Shown piece by piece: positions 43,768 to 57,782 of a stretch of DNA of 64,000 nucleotides (position 1 is its first letter; every line of letters begins with the position of its first letter). This DNA is from Epithemia pelagica (Eukaryota; Protista; Bacillariophyta). The notes below the pieces were generated by a model. It saw only the letters and a program-made list of their open reading frames with translations, was not told where the DNA came from and did no database searches. The position numbers were made by a program, and so were the translations under genes. The DNA is taken from the NCBI GenBank assembly GCA_946965045.2, contig OX337239.1:3038001-3102000 (forward strand), written 5' to 3'.

Positions 43768-44985
43768 ATGACAACGACACTGAACGAACAAGCATGGCAG
43801 TCGGGCCTTGTCCTGTTAGACGAGACACCTGAATGGAATAGTGACGATTGGTCTCCTCTTGAGGGTGGATGGCGTGCAGGTCATAGTTCGGTCGTACTGA
43901 ATCATCTCGATACGGAAAACGAGACCAACAACAGGGGGCAGACGGTCGTCGTGTTGGGAGGATATCAACAAGGCCAAGGCGATGTCAATTCCGTTCTGCT
44001 ATTGAATCTGGCAGACCCAAACAAGCAGTGGCGAGAAGGGCCACCCATGAACAAGAAACGTGCTGGACATGCCACTGTTGCGTGCAACGGTGGCGTCTAC
44101 GTGATGGGAGGTCGCAATACAACATCTTTGGATTGTATGGAACAAATTGATGTCAATGATTTGCTGCATCCATCGTTAACATGCATCAGCCCTCATGAGA
44201 GCCATTGGACGACATTGACATGTCGATTATCAACGGGACGAGTGGGATGTTGTGCTGTCGCGGTTCACAACCGATACATCGTTGTAATTGGTGGCTACAA
44301 TTATCGTTATTTGTCGTCGGTGGATATTATAGATACAAACAGCCACACTGTCATTGCCGGACCAAGCATGATTGTTCCACGACAATGGTTTGCCAGTGCG
44401 GTCATTGGTCACCGCATCTTTGTCGTTGGAGGTCATAACTATAATGGCCATCTTGACTCGTTGGAGTATTTGGACTATGCAACACCCCTTGACAGTGATG
44501 AGACAAAAAAGGAGACTGGCTCAACATTCATTTCTTTCTCGTCCACTTGGATCACTCATCCTGATTTGGTGCTTTCCAACCCTAGAGATTCTTGTGCAGT
44601 GGTAGCCGTGGGATCCTGTCTGGTGGTGGCGGGAGGAGACACTCCAACTGTGGAAGTCTTGGATACGCTCCGCAACCGCGTGTGGAATCTCCCACCATTC
44701 GGAAATGACCACATTGGCTGCAATATGGTGGCTGTTGCCAATCAAGTTGCCATGCTTGGAGGATGGTATTACAATCCTACCTGTGCGACATTCCCATTAA
44801 TGGACAAGAATACATGGTGTTTTTGTCAACTCTGTGAGCAGCAGCAGCCCAGCGGATGGTATCATTCTCTGCAAGGAATGGGTTACCGAGTTGCTGATAT
44901 TTTGCCATGTTTGACCTCGACATCAGCTCGTAAACGAGCAAGGAAGAATACGCGCCAATATAAGAAAGGGTCTGATGAAACATAA
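43768..44985 (+). CDS. Kelch-repeat protein K5, 405 aa
   Basis: Same leader and six GG motifs; intact. Confidence 0.9.
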   Translation: MTTTLNEQAWQSGLVLLDETPEWNSDDWSPLEGGWRAGHSSVVLNHLDTENETNNRGQTVVVLGGYQQGQGDVNSVLLLNLADPNKQWREGPPMNKKRAGHATVACNGGVYVMGGRNTTSLDCMEQIDVNDLLHPSLTCISPHESHWTTLTCRLSTGRVGCCAVAVHNRYIVVIGGYNYRYLSSVDIIDTNSHTVIAGPSMIVPRQWFASAVIGHRIFVVGGHNYNGHLDSLEYLDYATPLDSDETKKETGSTFISFSSTWITHPDLVLSNPRDSCAVVAVGSCLVVAGGDTPTVEVLDTLRNRVWNLPPFGNDHIGCNMVAVANQVAMLGGWYYNPTCATFPLMDKNTWCFCQLCEQQQPSGWYHSLQGMGYRVADILPCLTSTSARKRARKNTRQYKKGSDET

Positions 44986-45479
44986 CGATTTTGTTCTCGA
45001 GTGGTTGACTTGTTTTCTACATTCAATTCTAATCCTAGGACCTAGTAAGTATTTACTCGAAAGTAGAAAGATCACGTTGCAAGATAGGAGGTACTTCTTT
45101 GTTGTCAAAGGCTGGAAGGAACGATCCGACTTGTGTAATGACGCGACAAGAATCTGGTGCTTTGTCGCGGCATCGTGGCACTTTACACGACACAAAGTCG
45201 TCGTCCATGGATTGGTAGCTGTGGCAGCTAGGGCAAGAACCGACAGTGGTGCATTCCCAAAAGGAAGAGTTTCGTCCAACCTCTCGATTTGGCTTTGGTT
45301 TTTGGTTCATGGTATCGTGTTTGATGAATCCGACAAGAGGACGAAACGGGTGGATCCAAAGGTCCAATGATGAGAGGAGCAGGAGCAGAAACACGACAAG
45401 GTGAAACCTTGTTAGACCTGATCTTGCCTGATGCTGATGGTTCTTCCTCGATATTTGACAATGGGCGACTTTTGGATGG

Positions 45480-46450
45480 AAGTAAGGAGGACCTTTCATG
45501 TCTAATTCCGACATGACACCAAGAACGGGTTGTCCCTTTCAGAGGAGTCATCGCGCTCCAATCGCAATGCCTTCATCTAGCTGCTGTTGCATGTGAATCA
45601 CAATACGTTGTTGCACTTGCCATGTGATGTCAAGCCGAAATTGCCCAATGAAGAGTTCGACAACGACGATGACAAATCCACAAGGGTGGCAGTCCAACCA
45701 CCAACCACAGAGGAGACGGCCGATAATGACGATGTCTCCTCGTCGTTGGCAGTGGTACGATTGTTGGTGGAATTGGCCCCTGAATTGTCGCAGCAACACA
45801 ATACTCTTGAGATTTTTCCGATTCATTTGGCCTGTCAAGCCCATGCGACCGAATGTGTTCAGCTCTCAAGACGGAACCCGATTACCAGGGGCCTACACCT
45901 TGCAAGTCGAACAGCCCACGATCCAAACCCATGCAACATTGTAATCGACGTGGTTGTCTCGTCCGAATGAGATTTCGTCTCGTCAGGACAACAGTTGCAA
46001 CAAGGACAGTATCCCTCCAGGCCCAAGAGGAACCCATCAAATCGGATCGGTCGTCGTGCCAGTTGTCGCAATGGACCAGCAGAACGACAACAAGGAATCG
46101 AGTCTTGTTGTTGCCACACCACACAACCTCCCAAACTACCAACGCAGCCACAAAAGAAGAAGGCCGTCATCTTTCATCCTCCTGACATACCTCTTTCCTG
46201 TGGCATTGACGACGACGAGTTAGGAAACCTCCACCACCAGTACTTTCTGTCGCATCATTGCTCGTTCAATTGCTCATGCCTGTAAACAAGCTGCTCCCCA
46301 TCGCGATGTCTTGCTCGTCAATGCCAGTTCCGCCGAAACCTTGTTGCACGACAACAACACTGTCGAACAGCACTGTTGGACCTTGACCACTACATCCTTT
46401 GTGCCTCGTACCCAACTCAGCAGCAGCACCAACAACACAACCACGACAAC
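45480..46450 (+). pseudogene. Ankyrin-repeat-like remnant
   Basis: LAVVRLLVELAPELSQQHNTLEIFPIHLACQAH fits an ankyrin repeat; flanked by stops. Confidence 0.5.
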
Positions 46451-46670
46451 GAGTGCCACCGGTCATGTCTTGGCCATCATGGAAGCCTTGCCACCCACAC
46501 TGTATGAGTAGTCGCCCGAGGCGGTTGTGTGGTCGAATGGTTTTGCTCGTCGCAGTCGGAATGGCGCAATTCGTGTATCTCTTTCTTGTTTGTCGTGGAA
46601 TCGCCCGACCGTCTGGCTGGCTTATCACACTGATCGGGTGGAGTGTGGGTCGCTTCGACCTTTGGTGCAA

Positions 46671-48095
46671 TCACCACAACGCTGTTTCTGCCGTCACTCC
46701 AATTTCTTCTTGTTGATGATTCTCTAGTTGAAAGGGTAGGTGCTTTATGAGGTCAGGTTTGTCGCCATGCTTGGACGGAAGCCAAAGCACCAACGAGTTC
46801 CAATGCTTCTCCAACCGTTCTTGGAGAATGGCTGGACCAACCTTGAGCCATGGCCCAAGTTGTTCGTGATATCTCAGATGTAAAACAAACCGTTCCCATC
46901 TTGGTGACGTTTTTAGTAGATTGGCCAACATTTCAACCCCTTGGTCGGGAGTGCTTTTAGGGAGTCTCAAAATAAAATATTTCCAACACTTTTGTTCACG
47001 GAGAGCCTCGGTAACTATCTCGACATGTTTTGTCTTGTCCAAATCCAGATCAAACACTCGCCAGATTGTGTTGCCATCCAGTGATTTGGCAACGGATACC
47101 AGTCCTCCATCAAAAAGAGAAGGCCATCCAAAGTGAACGGTTTCCCAGCATTGATTGCAACGCAAGGCATGTGACAATTCTTCCATTTCACAGTCGTCGG
47201 TCCGAGACCAAGGAATACCGCCAAGTCGGAATCATTTCCATGTCTTATTTTCACTCAAGGCTTCACACAAGGCTTTGACTCCATTCACAGAAGAAAACTG
47301 CACTAAATCGAGCTTGAAGTTTGTCCATTGGGTATTTTGTTGCAGTGCTCTTGCCAGTACTTCAACTTCTTCATCTTCAAGGTTCGTTTCAACAAGTTCA
47401 AAAGTTTGCCAAGCATGATTGTTGCTCAAAGCGCCTACCATTGCTTTTACTCCACGCGATCCAAAATTGCATTTCTCAATCCACAAGGTCACCCAGGATG
47501 GATTCGTATTGATGGCATTCGCCAACCCAACCGCCGTTTTGTCGTCCAGGGCTTTTACGTAAGACAAAGCTAGCTCAGGATTTGGTTGGGTGGTTTGGAC
47601 AAATGCTCGGGCTAATACTTTTTGGACGAATGCCCGGGCGAGCGCTTCAATGCCCACGTCACCGATATTCGTACCATCGAGCTTCAGATAGAACCACGCC
47701 ACATTAGCACGTCTTACATTCCTGACGTCTCTATCCAAATCGAGAATGACTTGTGCACTGCGATCAGTGGCTTTGGTGTTGGTCAAGACTGGCAACTTTC
47801 GTTCCCCAAAGTGATCCACCATTTTTTGCTTCATTTCGGGGCTGATTCGAGTGCCTTGCAATTCCCATGGATTACATTCGTTCATTTCAGGGTTGTTTCC
47901 CTCCATTGTCGTTTCTGGAAGAGACATGTTGCAGTCAATTGGCTTGTTGAGGTCGAAAGTCGTTGTCGTCTTCGTTTTAATGGGTTTTTGATCCATATTA
48001 TCATCAATCATCATGTATATATCATGCACAGAAATCAAAAAAGATCTTGTTTGTGCCACCATTCCTCCTCGGCGGGGGCAGATGTGAGAGGTCAC
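46671..48095 (-). pseudogene. LRR protein, 5' half of the LRR-TIR gene family
   Basis: LKLDGTNIGDVGIEALA, LWIEKCNFGSRGVKAM and FELVETNLEDEEVEVLA. ORFs 47232-48095 and 46671-47186 are in frame across one TAA. It shares the WRVFDLDLDKTKHV…DQGVEMLANLLKTSP block with 40002-40625. Confidence 0.75.
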
Positions 48096-48756
48096 AATCT
48101 GCTCTAAATTTCGGTGTATGCAAAGCGCGAGGAAACCTTTGTGGTCGCAACCTCTTGCAAGTGAGTTCGGATTCCCAGAAAGACAGAGTCACTTCTGTGT
48201 CCTCAAGCACAGAATCGGGTAGAGTGAGAGCTACATGTGACACCACACAAGACAGAAAAGGAGACAACCCACGGTCACTGTTCGACGACCAGACGACGTC
48301 GGCCACTCTTTCTCGTCGTTTGTGGTCGACGACAATGGACGTAATGGACCGACTGACGGTGTGTGTTCGCGTCCATCTCTCTCAAGTGTTCCACAGTTGG
48401 AAGCTTTTCAACCCCATCAGATGAATTGCGCACAACGACAGGCACCCGTGTCATGCTGATGGACTCCGACGATCAATCAGCAGTACTAGCAGGATGGAAC
48501 AACAAGAGCAGTGCCAACAAACACAAAGTTTATTCCGGTATGCAAAAACACTTCCACGGTACTCCGAACAAGAAGAATGTGTGATCTTCTTCATTGCGTG
48601 GCTACGGTCACGATTTGTCTCGTGACGAAATCTCCTACCCCTCTTTGGTCCATCCATTTCGTCAAGTCAGTCGTGCTTCCAGTCCACACCCATCATAACG
48701 AAAGGAGCAGAGCAAACCTACATCCCATAAATTCTGAAGTCGAAAGGTTTGCAACT

Positions 48757-49937
48757 ATGGCCGGCAGTCGGACCTTGTCTTATCGGACGACACAGCAGAA
48801 TGGAATGAAAACAATTGGCCTCCTCTCGAGGGTGGATGGCGTTGGTTTCATACATCGGTCGTACTGAATCATCCCGATAACAACCAAGAACAAACCGTCG
48901 TCGTGTTGGGTGGATATCGACCACGTCAAGGCGAGCTAGATTCCATTCTTGTATTAAACTTGGCAGAATCAAACAAGCAGTGGCGCGAAGGGCCACGCAT
49001 GAACAAGAAACGTATTGGACATGCCGCTGTTGTGTGCAACGGAGGAGTCTACGTCATGGGAGGCTACAATGGAAGCTCAGTATTTGATTGTATCGAACGA
49101 ATTGACGAAAAGGAGTTGCTGCGATCACCTTTAACAACAAACAGCATCACACATGCGAGCAATTGGACGACATTAACTTGTCGATTATCAACGCAACGAT
49201 GGGGATGTTGTGCTGTCGCAGTGCACAACCAATATATTGTTATGATGGGTGGCTACAACGGTCGTTATTTGTCGTCTGTTGAGATTATTGATACCAACAA
49301 TCACATTGTCACTGCTGGACCATCCATGACTGTTCCTCGATCAAATTGTGCCAGTGCGGTCATTGGTCACCGCATCTTTGTCGTTGGAGGCGATAACGCG
49401 GACGGCAATCTTGACTCAGTGGAATATTTGGAATTCGCAACACCCTGTGACAATGATGCGACAAAGAAGGAGATAGGTTCGACGTTCATTTCTTTCTCGT
49501 CCACTTGGATCACTCAGTCTGAGTTGAGGCTTTCCAATGCACGAAGTTGTTGTGCAATGGTTGCCGTGGGATCTTGTCTAGTGGTGGCGGGAGGATACGA
49601 ATCATCCGTGGAGGTCTTGGATACTCATCACAACCGCATGTGGAATCTCCCACCATTCGTGAATCACCGCTATGGCTGCAGTCTAGTGACTGTTGCCAAT
49701 CAAGTTGCCGTGATTGGTGGACTCCGCAATCCTTCCTGTGCGACATTAGCACTAATGGATAGGATTTCGTGGTGTTTTCGTCGACTTTGTGAGCAGCAAT
49801 CGAACGGATGGTATCATTCTCTTGAAGGTGTGGGTATCCAAGATGATGATATCTCACCCTTCTCCACATCGACATCAGCTCGTAAACATGCAAGGCCCAA
49901 TACGCACCGTGGTGATGAAGGGAAGGATGGAACTTGA
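48757..49937 (+). pseudogene. Kelch-repeat protein K6; leader frameshifted, propeller ORF 48903-49937 open
   Basis: A deletion just after the ATG removes the ...EQA leader codons and shifts the frame. Six GG motifs remain. Confidence 0.85.
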
Positions 49938-52624
49938 AATTTGCAACGTATAGCATGTATGTCCTAACATTGGCGGAACTATAGCATTCTCATTTTATTC
50001 TCAAACAGTTGGTGTACTGTATTTTTCATGGCATTGCGACCTATAGAGATACCATGTACTTCGTTGTACTACCTAGTGGAGAACGAAAGTTACAACATCC
50101 GGCATGACACCGCAAACAGGAGTGGAGCCAGGCCTTGGGTAGATGTCTATGGTACCATGTCTCTCTGCTGTTGAATGGGTCGAGTTATTGGAAGATTATG
50201 GTTGCGTACGTGAAACACTAAGCTCAGCGACTCGTTTGGACGGTCGTCTTCGTTCCGACCATGCGTTCAATTGTCCTTTTATGGCCCATGCCTGTGTGAG
50301 AGGACAGTACGCCGTCTCTTGACGCTTGTGGTTTCGGGTGACAGGACATTTGCGAATCCTTTGGAATTTGTGACACCGTCGTGTTCGATATTTTCTCCAA
50401 ATACAGCAACGATACTTTATCATGAGGTCGGCAATTTGATTGCATCGATCCAGCAATCAGTCTCTCCGTAGTGGCTCGTTGACAGTCCATGGTTATCGGT
50501 CCATGGCGATCAACAAGAACAATCGCAGTGTGCAAAGTTATGTCTTGCCCCTCAATGCCAGTTCCGCCGAAACCTTGTTGCACGATTAGCACCAACAAAA
50601 CCACGACCCGCGCAGATCATGTCTTGGCTGTCGTCTCACAGCAGTGTTGGACCTCGATCACTACCACATTTGCGTCTCGTACCGAACTCAGCAGTACCAA
50701 CAACAAAACCACGACCACGAATGGCGCCGATCATGTCTTGGCTGTAGCCTAATAGAACTTGTTGTTGTTGTTCTTCTTCTTCTTGTTCGTTGGATTCTGG
50801 TTGGCGTTGGCTTGAATGTTCATATGTAGACTTGAAAGGGCGATGCGACCCTTTCCCATAATCAATTCTTCTCTACTCCAATCGGACGCGTCGGGAGGGA
50901 GTTGAATAGCGTGCCATACTTCAATCCGTAGTACTGCACTCCTCGTCACCGGCGCAACTACCCTCTTGGTCCGACTTTGAGCATTCGTTGCAAACATGAT
51001 GTTTCCATTCATAGCTGTCGTCATATCCTCGTAAGTACCGACCAAAGGAGAATACATGGTTGTACTCCTAGTATAGTGCCTAGAGGGATGTAGACAACCG
51101 GCAACCTCCCACCACAGGGTCGGGTCGACTCGTCCTGATGCGCATATGCTGGAACCACACAAGACGAAGGAACGTGTCGGTCGCGTTCTTGTGGGCCAGA
51201 ATGGACAGCAGTGTGGGCGACAACCAGGAAGGTACTGCTTGCCACCCAACCTGTTTCAAGCAGTTGTTGTGACACTGTACATTGTCGAACGTGTGTATTG
51301 TATGCTTGTGTGTTGGAGTTCCGGACCAACACTTTTTGTGCACAGGAGGAGTATTCGACGGGCAAGATGTGGCATCCCTTTAGTATCTTAGTGGCTGTCC
51401 CTGGACAGCCTGAAACCAACAATCGCTCCACATGTGGCGCAAGAATAGCCCCAGCATCGTCGTCCCATCCCAACCACACCAGGAACCCATGTCCTTGACA
51501 CTGTGGATCGTCCACTCGCACTACCAACGGTTGAAACTCCCACTCGCACTACCAACGGTTGAAACTCTTCTCAAGACGCGTTTGTTTGCGGTCCTCCCAG
51601 AGATGTAGTCTCCCACGGTTGCAGCAGCCAATCGGGATGGATGCGGTGCGCAAGAGTCGTTGACACTCTTGTCCCACCACCAAGAGCAGTCTCGCAAGGC
51701 TCGTTTCACAGACCAAGCTCGTTCAGGTGGTGGTTGGCGCATACACAAATCACAAATCCGTGGGCACCGAAAATATCCCAAAGACATTAGCTTTCCGCAC
51801 GTATAGGAGGAGCCTGTTTCAAGAAATGATGCCAAATGGTCTTGTTGAAGTCATGAATTGTATCACTCTCCGTTTGTCGAATTCCAATTCCTGATTGTGT
51901 GGATTGGAGGATCCCATGATTTTGGGAGGAGGCGTAATGATGGATTCCACCATTAGGGATGACAGATACTCGTCACGTGACACTGTGTCATGAGACACCA
52001 AGCTTCCATGGCTTGTATGGGTAAGCCGACTACCAAAGGAGAACGAGTAGTGTAGTAGTTGTTGATAAGGAGGATGTTTTTTTTGTTGCCGAATAGGGAA
52101 TAGAGGTGGTTGCCCTTTTGTCGTGCGTCAATCAGGAACTCAGCCGTTTTGCTGCTCATAGACGACCGGAAACAAGACGAGCAAACGGAGAAGGATAACC
52201 ACGCGAACGTTTCATGACACGGAATGGATTCGAATCCCTTGCAGAGACCACGTTGTGTTGGTAGTGTTGTTGCTCCTGCCGTCCTTCATTCTCTCTTTCG
52301 AAGAGAACAGCACCACTCCCATAGCTCGAATTCGGTACACTTGGTCAACGAAGAAAATATGATGATCATGCGCCGTCTTGTCCATCTTTCTTGTTTTGCT
52401 GGATCTATGAATTCGAATCTGCTGTTTTGTTCTGTCATGCATTATATGTGCGACCCACTCTTGCCCAAGATTGCGTACCTACGACAGACACTCTGGCTCA
52501 AATGCTTCCACGCGTAGTTCAGAAAATTTTGAGTTGATGTTCCATCAGTCCGCATCCATCACAGCATCAAATCTGATGCCTTTTGATCCTCCTCATAAAT
52601 TCGCTGCTGTCATTGTGTGGAACC

Positions 52625-53842
52625 ATGACCACGGCACTGAAAGAACAAGCATGGCAGTCGGACCTTGTCCTTTCAGACGGGACAGCAGAATGGAATGAGA
52701 ACAACTGGCCTCCTCTTATGGGTGGATGGCGTTATCGTCATGCTACGGTTGTACTAAATCATCCCGATACGGACGGCAACGACAACAACCCGAAGAGACA
52801 AACGGTCGTCGTGATGGGAGGACGTCAACAACGTCAAGGCTATACCAAGTCCGTGCTTGTATTGAATTTAGCAGACCCAAACAAACAGTGGCGAGAAGGG
52901 CCATCCATGAACAAGGCACGTTATGGACATGCAAGTGTTGTGTGCAATGGAGGTGTCTACGTGATGGGAGGATACACTAGATATTCAAGTTTGGATTGTA
53001 TCGAACAAATTAATGTCACCGATTTGCTCCAACCATCTTCGAAATCAAGCAGTTCGAAGAAGAGCAATTGGACGACATTGACATGTCGATTATCAACGAG
53101 ACGATCAGGATGTTGTACTGTTGCGGTTCACAACCGATACATCGTTGTAGTGGGTGGCTACAACGATGGTTATTTGTCGTCGGTGGACATTATTGATACA
53201 AGGAACCACACTGTCACTGCGGGACCATCCATGAACATTCCTCGATTTGAATGTGCCAGTGCGGTCATTGGTCACCGCATCTTTGTCGTTGGAGGCTTTA
53301 ACGCGGACGGCAATCTTGACTTGGTGGAGTATTTGGACTACGCAACACCCTGTGACAGTGATGAGACAAAAAAGGAAACTGGCTCGACGTTCATTTCTTT
53401 CTCACCCACCTGGACGACTCATTCGGAGTTGAGGCATTCCAATGCACGAAGTCGTTATGCAATGGTTGCCGTGGGATCTTGTTTTGTGGTGGCGGGAGGA
53501 TACGAATCATCCGTGGAGGTCTTGGATACGCATCACAACCGCATGTGGAATCTCCCTGGACTACAAGAAGAACGATGGGGCTGCAGTATGGTCACTGTTA
53601 CCAATCACGTTGCCGTGATCGGCGGATGGTACAATCCGACCTGCGCGACATTGCCTCTAATGGACAAGAATACATGGTGTTTTCGTCGACTCTGTGAGCA
53701 GCAGCCCAACGGATGGCGCCAGCTCCGGGATGGAATGGATATCGGACATGTTCCTATTTCACGCTTTTCCACCTCGACATCAGCTCATAAACGAGCAAGG
53801 CCCGATACACGCCGTGGTGATGAAGACAAGGACGAAACTTGA
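52625..53842 (+). CDS. Kelch-repeat protein K7, 405 aa
   Basis: Same leader and six GG motifs; intact. Confidence 0.9.
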   Translation: MTTALKEQAWQSDLVLSDGTAEWNENNWPPLMGGWRYRHATVVLNHPDTDGNDNNPKRQTVVVMGGRQQRQGYTKSVLVLNLADPNKQWREGPSMNKARYGHASVVCNGGVYVMGGYTRYSSLDCIEQINVTDLLQPSSKSSSSKKSNWTTLTCRLSTRRSGCCTVAVHNRYIVVVGGYNDGYLSSVDIIDTRNHTVTAGPSMNIPRFECASAVIGHRIFVVGGFNADGNLDLVEYLDYATPCDSDETKKETGSTFISFSPTWTTHSELRHSNARSRYAMVAVGSCFVVAGGYESSVEVLDTHHNRMWNLPGLQEERWGCSMVTVTNHVAVIGGWYNPTCATLPLMDKNTWCFRRLCEQQPNGWRQLRDGMDIGHVPISRFSTSTSAHKRARPDTRRGDEDKDET

Positions 53843-56005
53843 AGCGGGCATCACGTTGCATTAATGTCCTACAATGGTGAAACTATCATATAATCATTTT
53901 GATCTCAAACAGTTTCTTATTATCTGATACCTGTGGAATTATCATGTGAATCATGTCATATGGCATGTCCGGGAGAACGCGACTGGTCCGAAACAATGTC
54001 ATGGATTCTGTAGAGTTTTGCTCTGTGTTGAGTGCTATTGTCGTATTGTTGTGGGCAGTCCCTGCGGTATTTCTCCGTTGCGAGTAATACTTCCTCGCAC
54101 CACCCGTTTCCATCCTCAGAATGCATAATCTCCTTGTCCACATGACAGGGAGACACTCTCGTGACTGGAGACAGACCGAGGCGCGCTATGCTCGGAGCTA
54201 CCGGATCTAACCCAGCATCCATGACGGTGAGCGTTTGCTGTAGCTACGGTTGATTGTTTTCTTGCCGTGACAAAGTGGTGACCGGAACAGGGGGTCAATG
54301 GTTCGGACGTTAATGGAAAAAAAGGGTTGTGGGCAAGTAAAAGTCTGGGAAACCTTGTGTGGGACCGCCTGAACACCCACACTATATCCCCGAGCGAGTG
54401 GAATTCAACACCCATAAAGAATTGGACATGTACACCATGGCCAAATCGGATGCCAGGTCAGCGAAACGTTTTACCTGGAACACGGCAAACTCAAAAGGCT
54501 TGGTGATGATTGTCCGTCAGAACCCAAAAAACGCGCGATGGAACCTGACCAATTCGATTAGTACCCAATGTGAGATCTTGTCCATCTTGCTTCTGGGCGG
54601 GTAAAGAGAGCGGCGTAGCATCCCAATTCCCGAGTGCCGCATAGACTTTGAAAGTCGCTGCTGGCATCAAGTTGTAGATAGGACTTATCGAATCCTTTCC
54701 ATATTCGCACAAGAGCGTGTGGAGCCGGCAAACACGATATGCATCCAAACGTGCAGCGTCGTCTTTGAAAACGGTCATTGGTTGAAAGATATTGAAAGAG
54801 ATACCGACACAGAAGAACCAATGGCACGCCCGTCCAACGAGCAAGGGTAGCTTGAGAGGTCACTATTGAATTGCCGCTCCCACCTCACTGAAAGAAAATT
54901 CATGCCTTTGCCCGCTCTTGTACACAGCGTCTTGGTGTGGTTGTTCTTCCTCATGGTTGTCCCACAAAGATCGAATGCTTACACCGGGGCGAATACTGGT
55001 GGGAGGTGGACAGTGTGCAGCGACACACGAGATCAAAACAATTGAATTGACCAGTGTTCGAACGAATCGATATGACGGATGCGAGAGTCATGGAATGGTT
55101 CTGCAAGGGAATGGTCGGCGGTGGCCAGTACACAGGTGGAGGCCAAGAGCAACCAGAACAAGAACGACCAGAACAACGAGTTGCACCAAAGCCCACGAAT
55201 CGGACAATGTTTCATCACCACCATCATCCTGCTTTCCCTGTTTCTTGGTTCGAACGAGACTGCGACAACCCCACAGTCAATTCGAAACAACAGCAATTAG
55301 ATGATGACAATGATGCGAGACATTGGTGTTTGACCGCATCGTCTCGTTCCATCTAGTTTGTTCCGGTTTGGGTGTTGGTTCTCTGGTGTTTTGTTTTCCT
55401 TCTCCCAGCAAGCCCAACGAGACGACACTGCGTCACATCCTCCCCAACATCTACTATTGCCCTCACAATTGCCTGTTTCAATGACTGGTGGGGAGTGGGG
55501 GAAGATGACTGTGATTCCGCACGATCACTTTTGTCCGTGACTGGTTGGGAAAGGTCGTCGATTCGGAAGAAGAGAACTAGGTAGAAAGGTAGCTACTCTA
55601 GCTAGAGGAATCTCCACGTGGACCAGGGACAGGAGCTCTCAGAACAGTTGCGAATCGATCGTAACAACTACTATGTATCCGAAAAAGGGAGAACGATACC
55701 TTCTTCTTCGTCCCAGCACCAAAGACTGGTTCTGAGCACGCACAGTCGCAACAACACCACTGAGCGAGGGTGATGCTGCAGCGTACAATATATGGCATGA
55801 GGTAGCGATAAAACCGGCCAAGAAAACATGACATTCGCAAAAGACGACATAAGAATGACAATGACAATAGATTGACGACCACAACGATCCTGACGACCAC
55901 ACGTGGAACCAAATCACCTCACGATGGTGGCCAAGAGGATTTGACGCGAGACTGCGAGTCCTCCCTTTTAGCAACAATCCCAACGACAATGCATGGCTTG
56001 ATACC

Positions 56006-56478
56006 TGTTCAAAAGATCTACGTAATCGTCCGGGAATGGACCCGGGACTCCCATTCGGAAGTAGGAGATCGGCCGAAGAAAAGATGAGCATCATTCATCT
56101 TGAGAATTTGTCCCTCAAAGGACAAGAACGACGGGCATCCAAACAAGATGCTCACGAACGATACAACAAAGACAACGCGTCATCGTCATGAGCGTTTAGA
56201 AGTGACAAACCGGCCCAATTCAACTGATACAGGCCAAAAGAATAACTGGCATTGCCTAAAAGGAACAACGGCCAAGAACGGGCAGGAGACACCCATTTAG
56301 GAAAACAAGATCGATGGACGATTGAACTATCGCCCAACCATCGACTCAACGCATCAAAAGGAAAGACCTCAACGCCTTAGGCTGCAACACGCTAGATTAA
56401 CCAAATAAACTCACAACTTAACTTCGTTTACACGGGTTGAGCTCTTTCTCTTTTACCTACGGTAGGGAGAAAACAACA
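56006..56478 (+). repeat. 5' LTR (473 bp)
   Basis: Direct repeat of 61866-62338. Confidence 0.97.
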
Positions 56479-56528
56479 CGCTTCCTCTGCGCTGTTAACA
56501 GCTTACACGTTGTCACTCAAGAATCACC

Positions 56529-57782
56529 ATGGCCGCGAACTTCGCTCTATCTCCAGCCCACGCCAACGCCAATCAAGTGATCAACTTCACGACGGCAGGA
56601 GGCGCCAAGTTTTACAAGCAAGCGACACGTGGATTGTACGATGGTGGTGACCTCTACGACCTCAACGCAGAAGGATTGAAGACGTTCCTAGATACCTTGC
56701 AGGATCGGATCGTGGAACAGAACTGGACATCTATCTTTTCGATTCCAGAAGCAATCGCCGCTCCAGCAGCAAACCTTCGTAACTTGACGTCCGAATACGG
56801 TCGCGTCTCTCTTCAACAAGTCCGAGCCTTCGTCGACCACTACAATGGGCAGAATCGTCAGACGCAGAACTCATACATGGCCTACACATGTATCATGGCT
56901 TCACTTACCGAAGACGCAAAGGCACAAGTGAATATTCGACGCGAAGATTTTACGATCAATGGCCGCGGAGCTGGACCTCTCCTTCTCAAGGTTCTCGTCT
57001 CGCTTGCTCATGTGGACACGGAAGCCACGGTTATGGTACTCCGTCAACGCCTGGCCGACTTGCACGTGTACATTATGGACATCAACGCGGACATCGCCAA
57101 GTTCAATTTCTATGTGGACGAAACCCTTCGAGCCCTCAACGCGCGCGGCGAGCAAACTCTGGACCTCCTTCCCAACCTTTTCAAGGCGTATGAAAATGTG
57201 AACGACGATAACTTTCTGGAGTTTATCCGTCGCAAGAAGAACGCATATGAAGAAGGTGACAATCCGGGATTGACCCCGCGCCAACTTATGACATTGGCAC
57301 GCACCAAGTATCAGACCTTGATCGAGCAAAAGAAATGGCAGGCGCTCTCGGCACGTGACCAGAAACTGATCGCTCTCGAAGCATCCGTGAACAAACTCAA
57401 GGACTCGAAACGTTAGGCAGTGCAGACGGACCAAAAGAAACAGTCAGCAAAAGTGAAGACGGACAAGACTACGGACACCGACAAGGGATGGCTTACGATT
57501 GGTCCCAAGAGCGGGCAACCGGAGGTTAAAGAAGTTAACGGCAAGACTTGGTATTGGTACAAATGGCACCAGAAGTGGTCAACTAACAAGAATCACACGT
57601 CTGCGACATGCAACGGACGTGGTCTTACCGGAGACAAGAAACGCGCTTATGACGAAGCTCACGGGACTGGTGACGGTGGAAGTCAAGCTGATTCATCTAC
57701 CCCAGGACTCCGCCTAGCAAGTGCCTTAGCTAACCTGTCTCCAGACGACGAAGAAGATGATGATGACAGCAACGACGAGTGA
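56529..57782 (+). CDS. gag: Gag, with an internal in-frame TAG at 57414-57416
   Basis: ORFs 56529-57416 and 57420-57782 are in one frame. The distal part has a knuckle-like WYWYKWHQKW…NH…C. Confidence 0.8.

Noticed and set aside
51512-51567. Small tandem duplications (28 bp here; similar at 37797-37900, 40781-40856 and 30676-30740)
   Set aside because: Ordinary slippage duplications with no further structure.
54260-54900. Short ORFs resembling a recombinase or transposase fragment
   Set aside because: No convincing catalytic motif.
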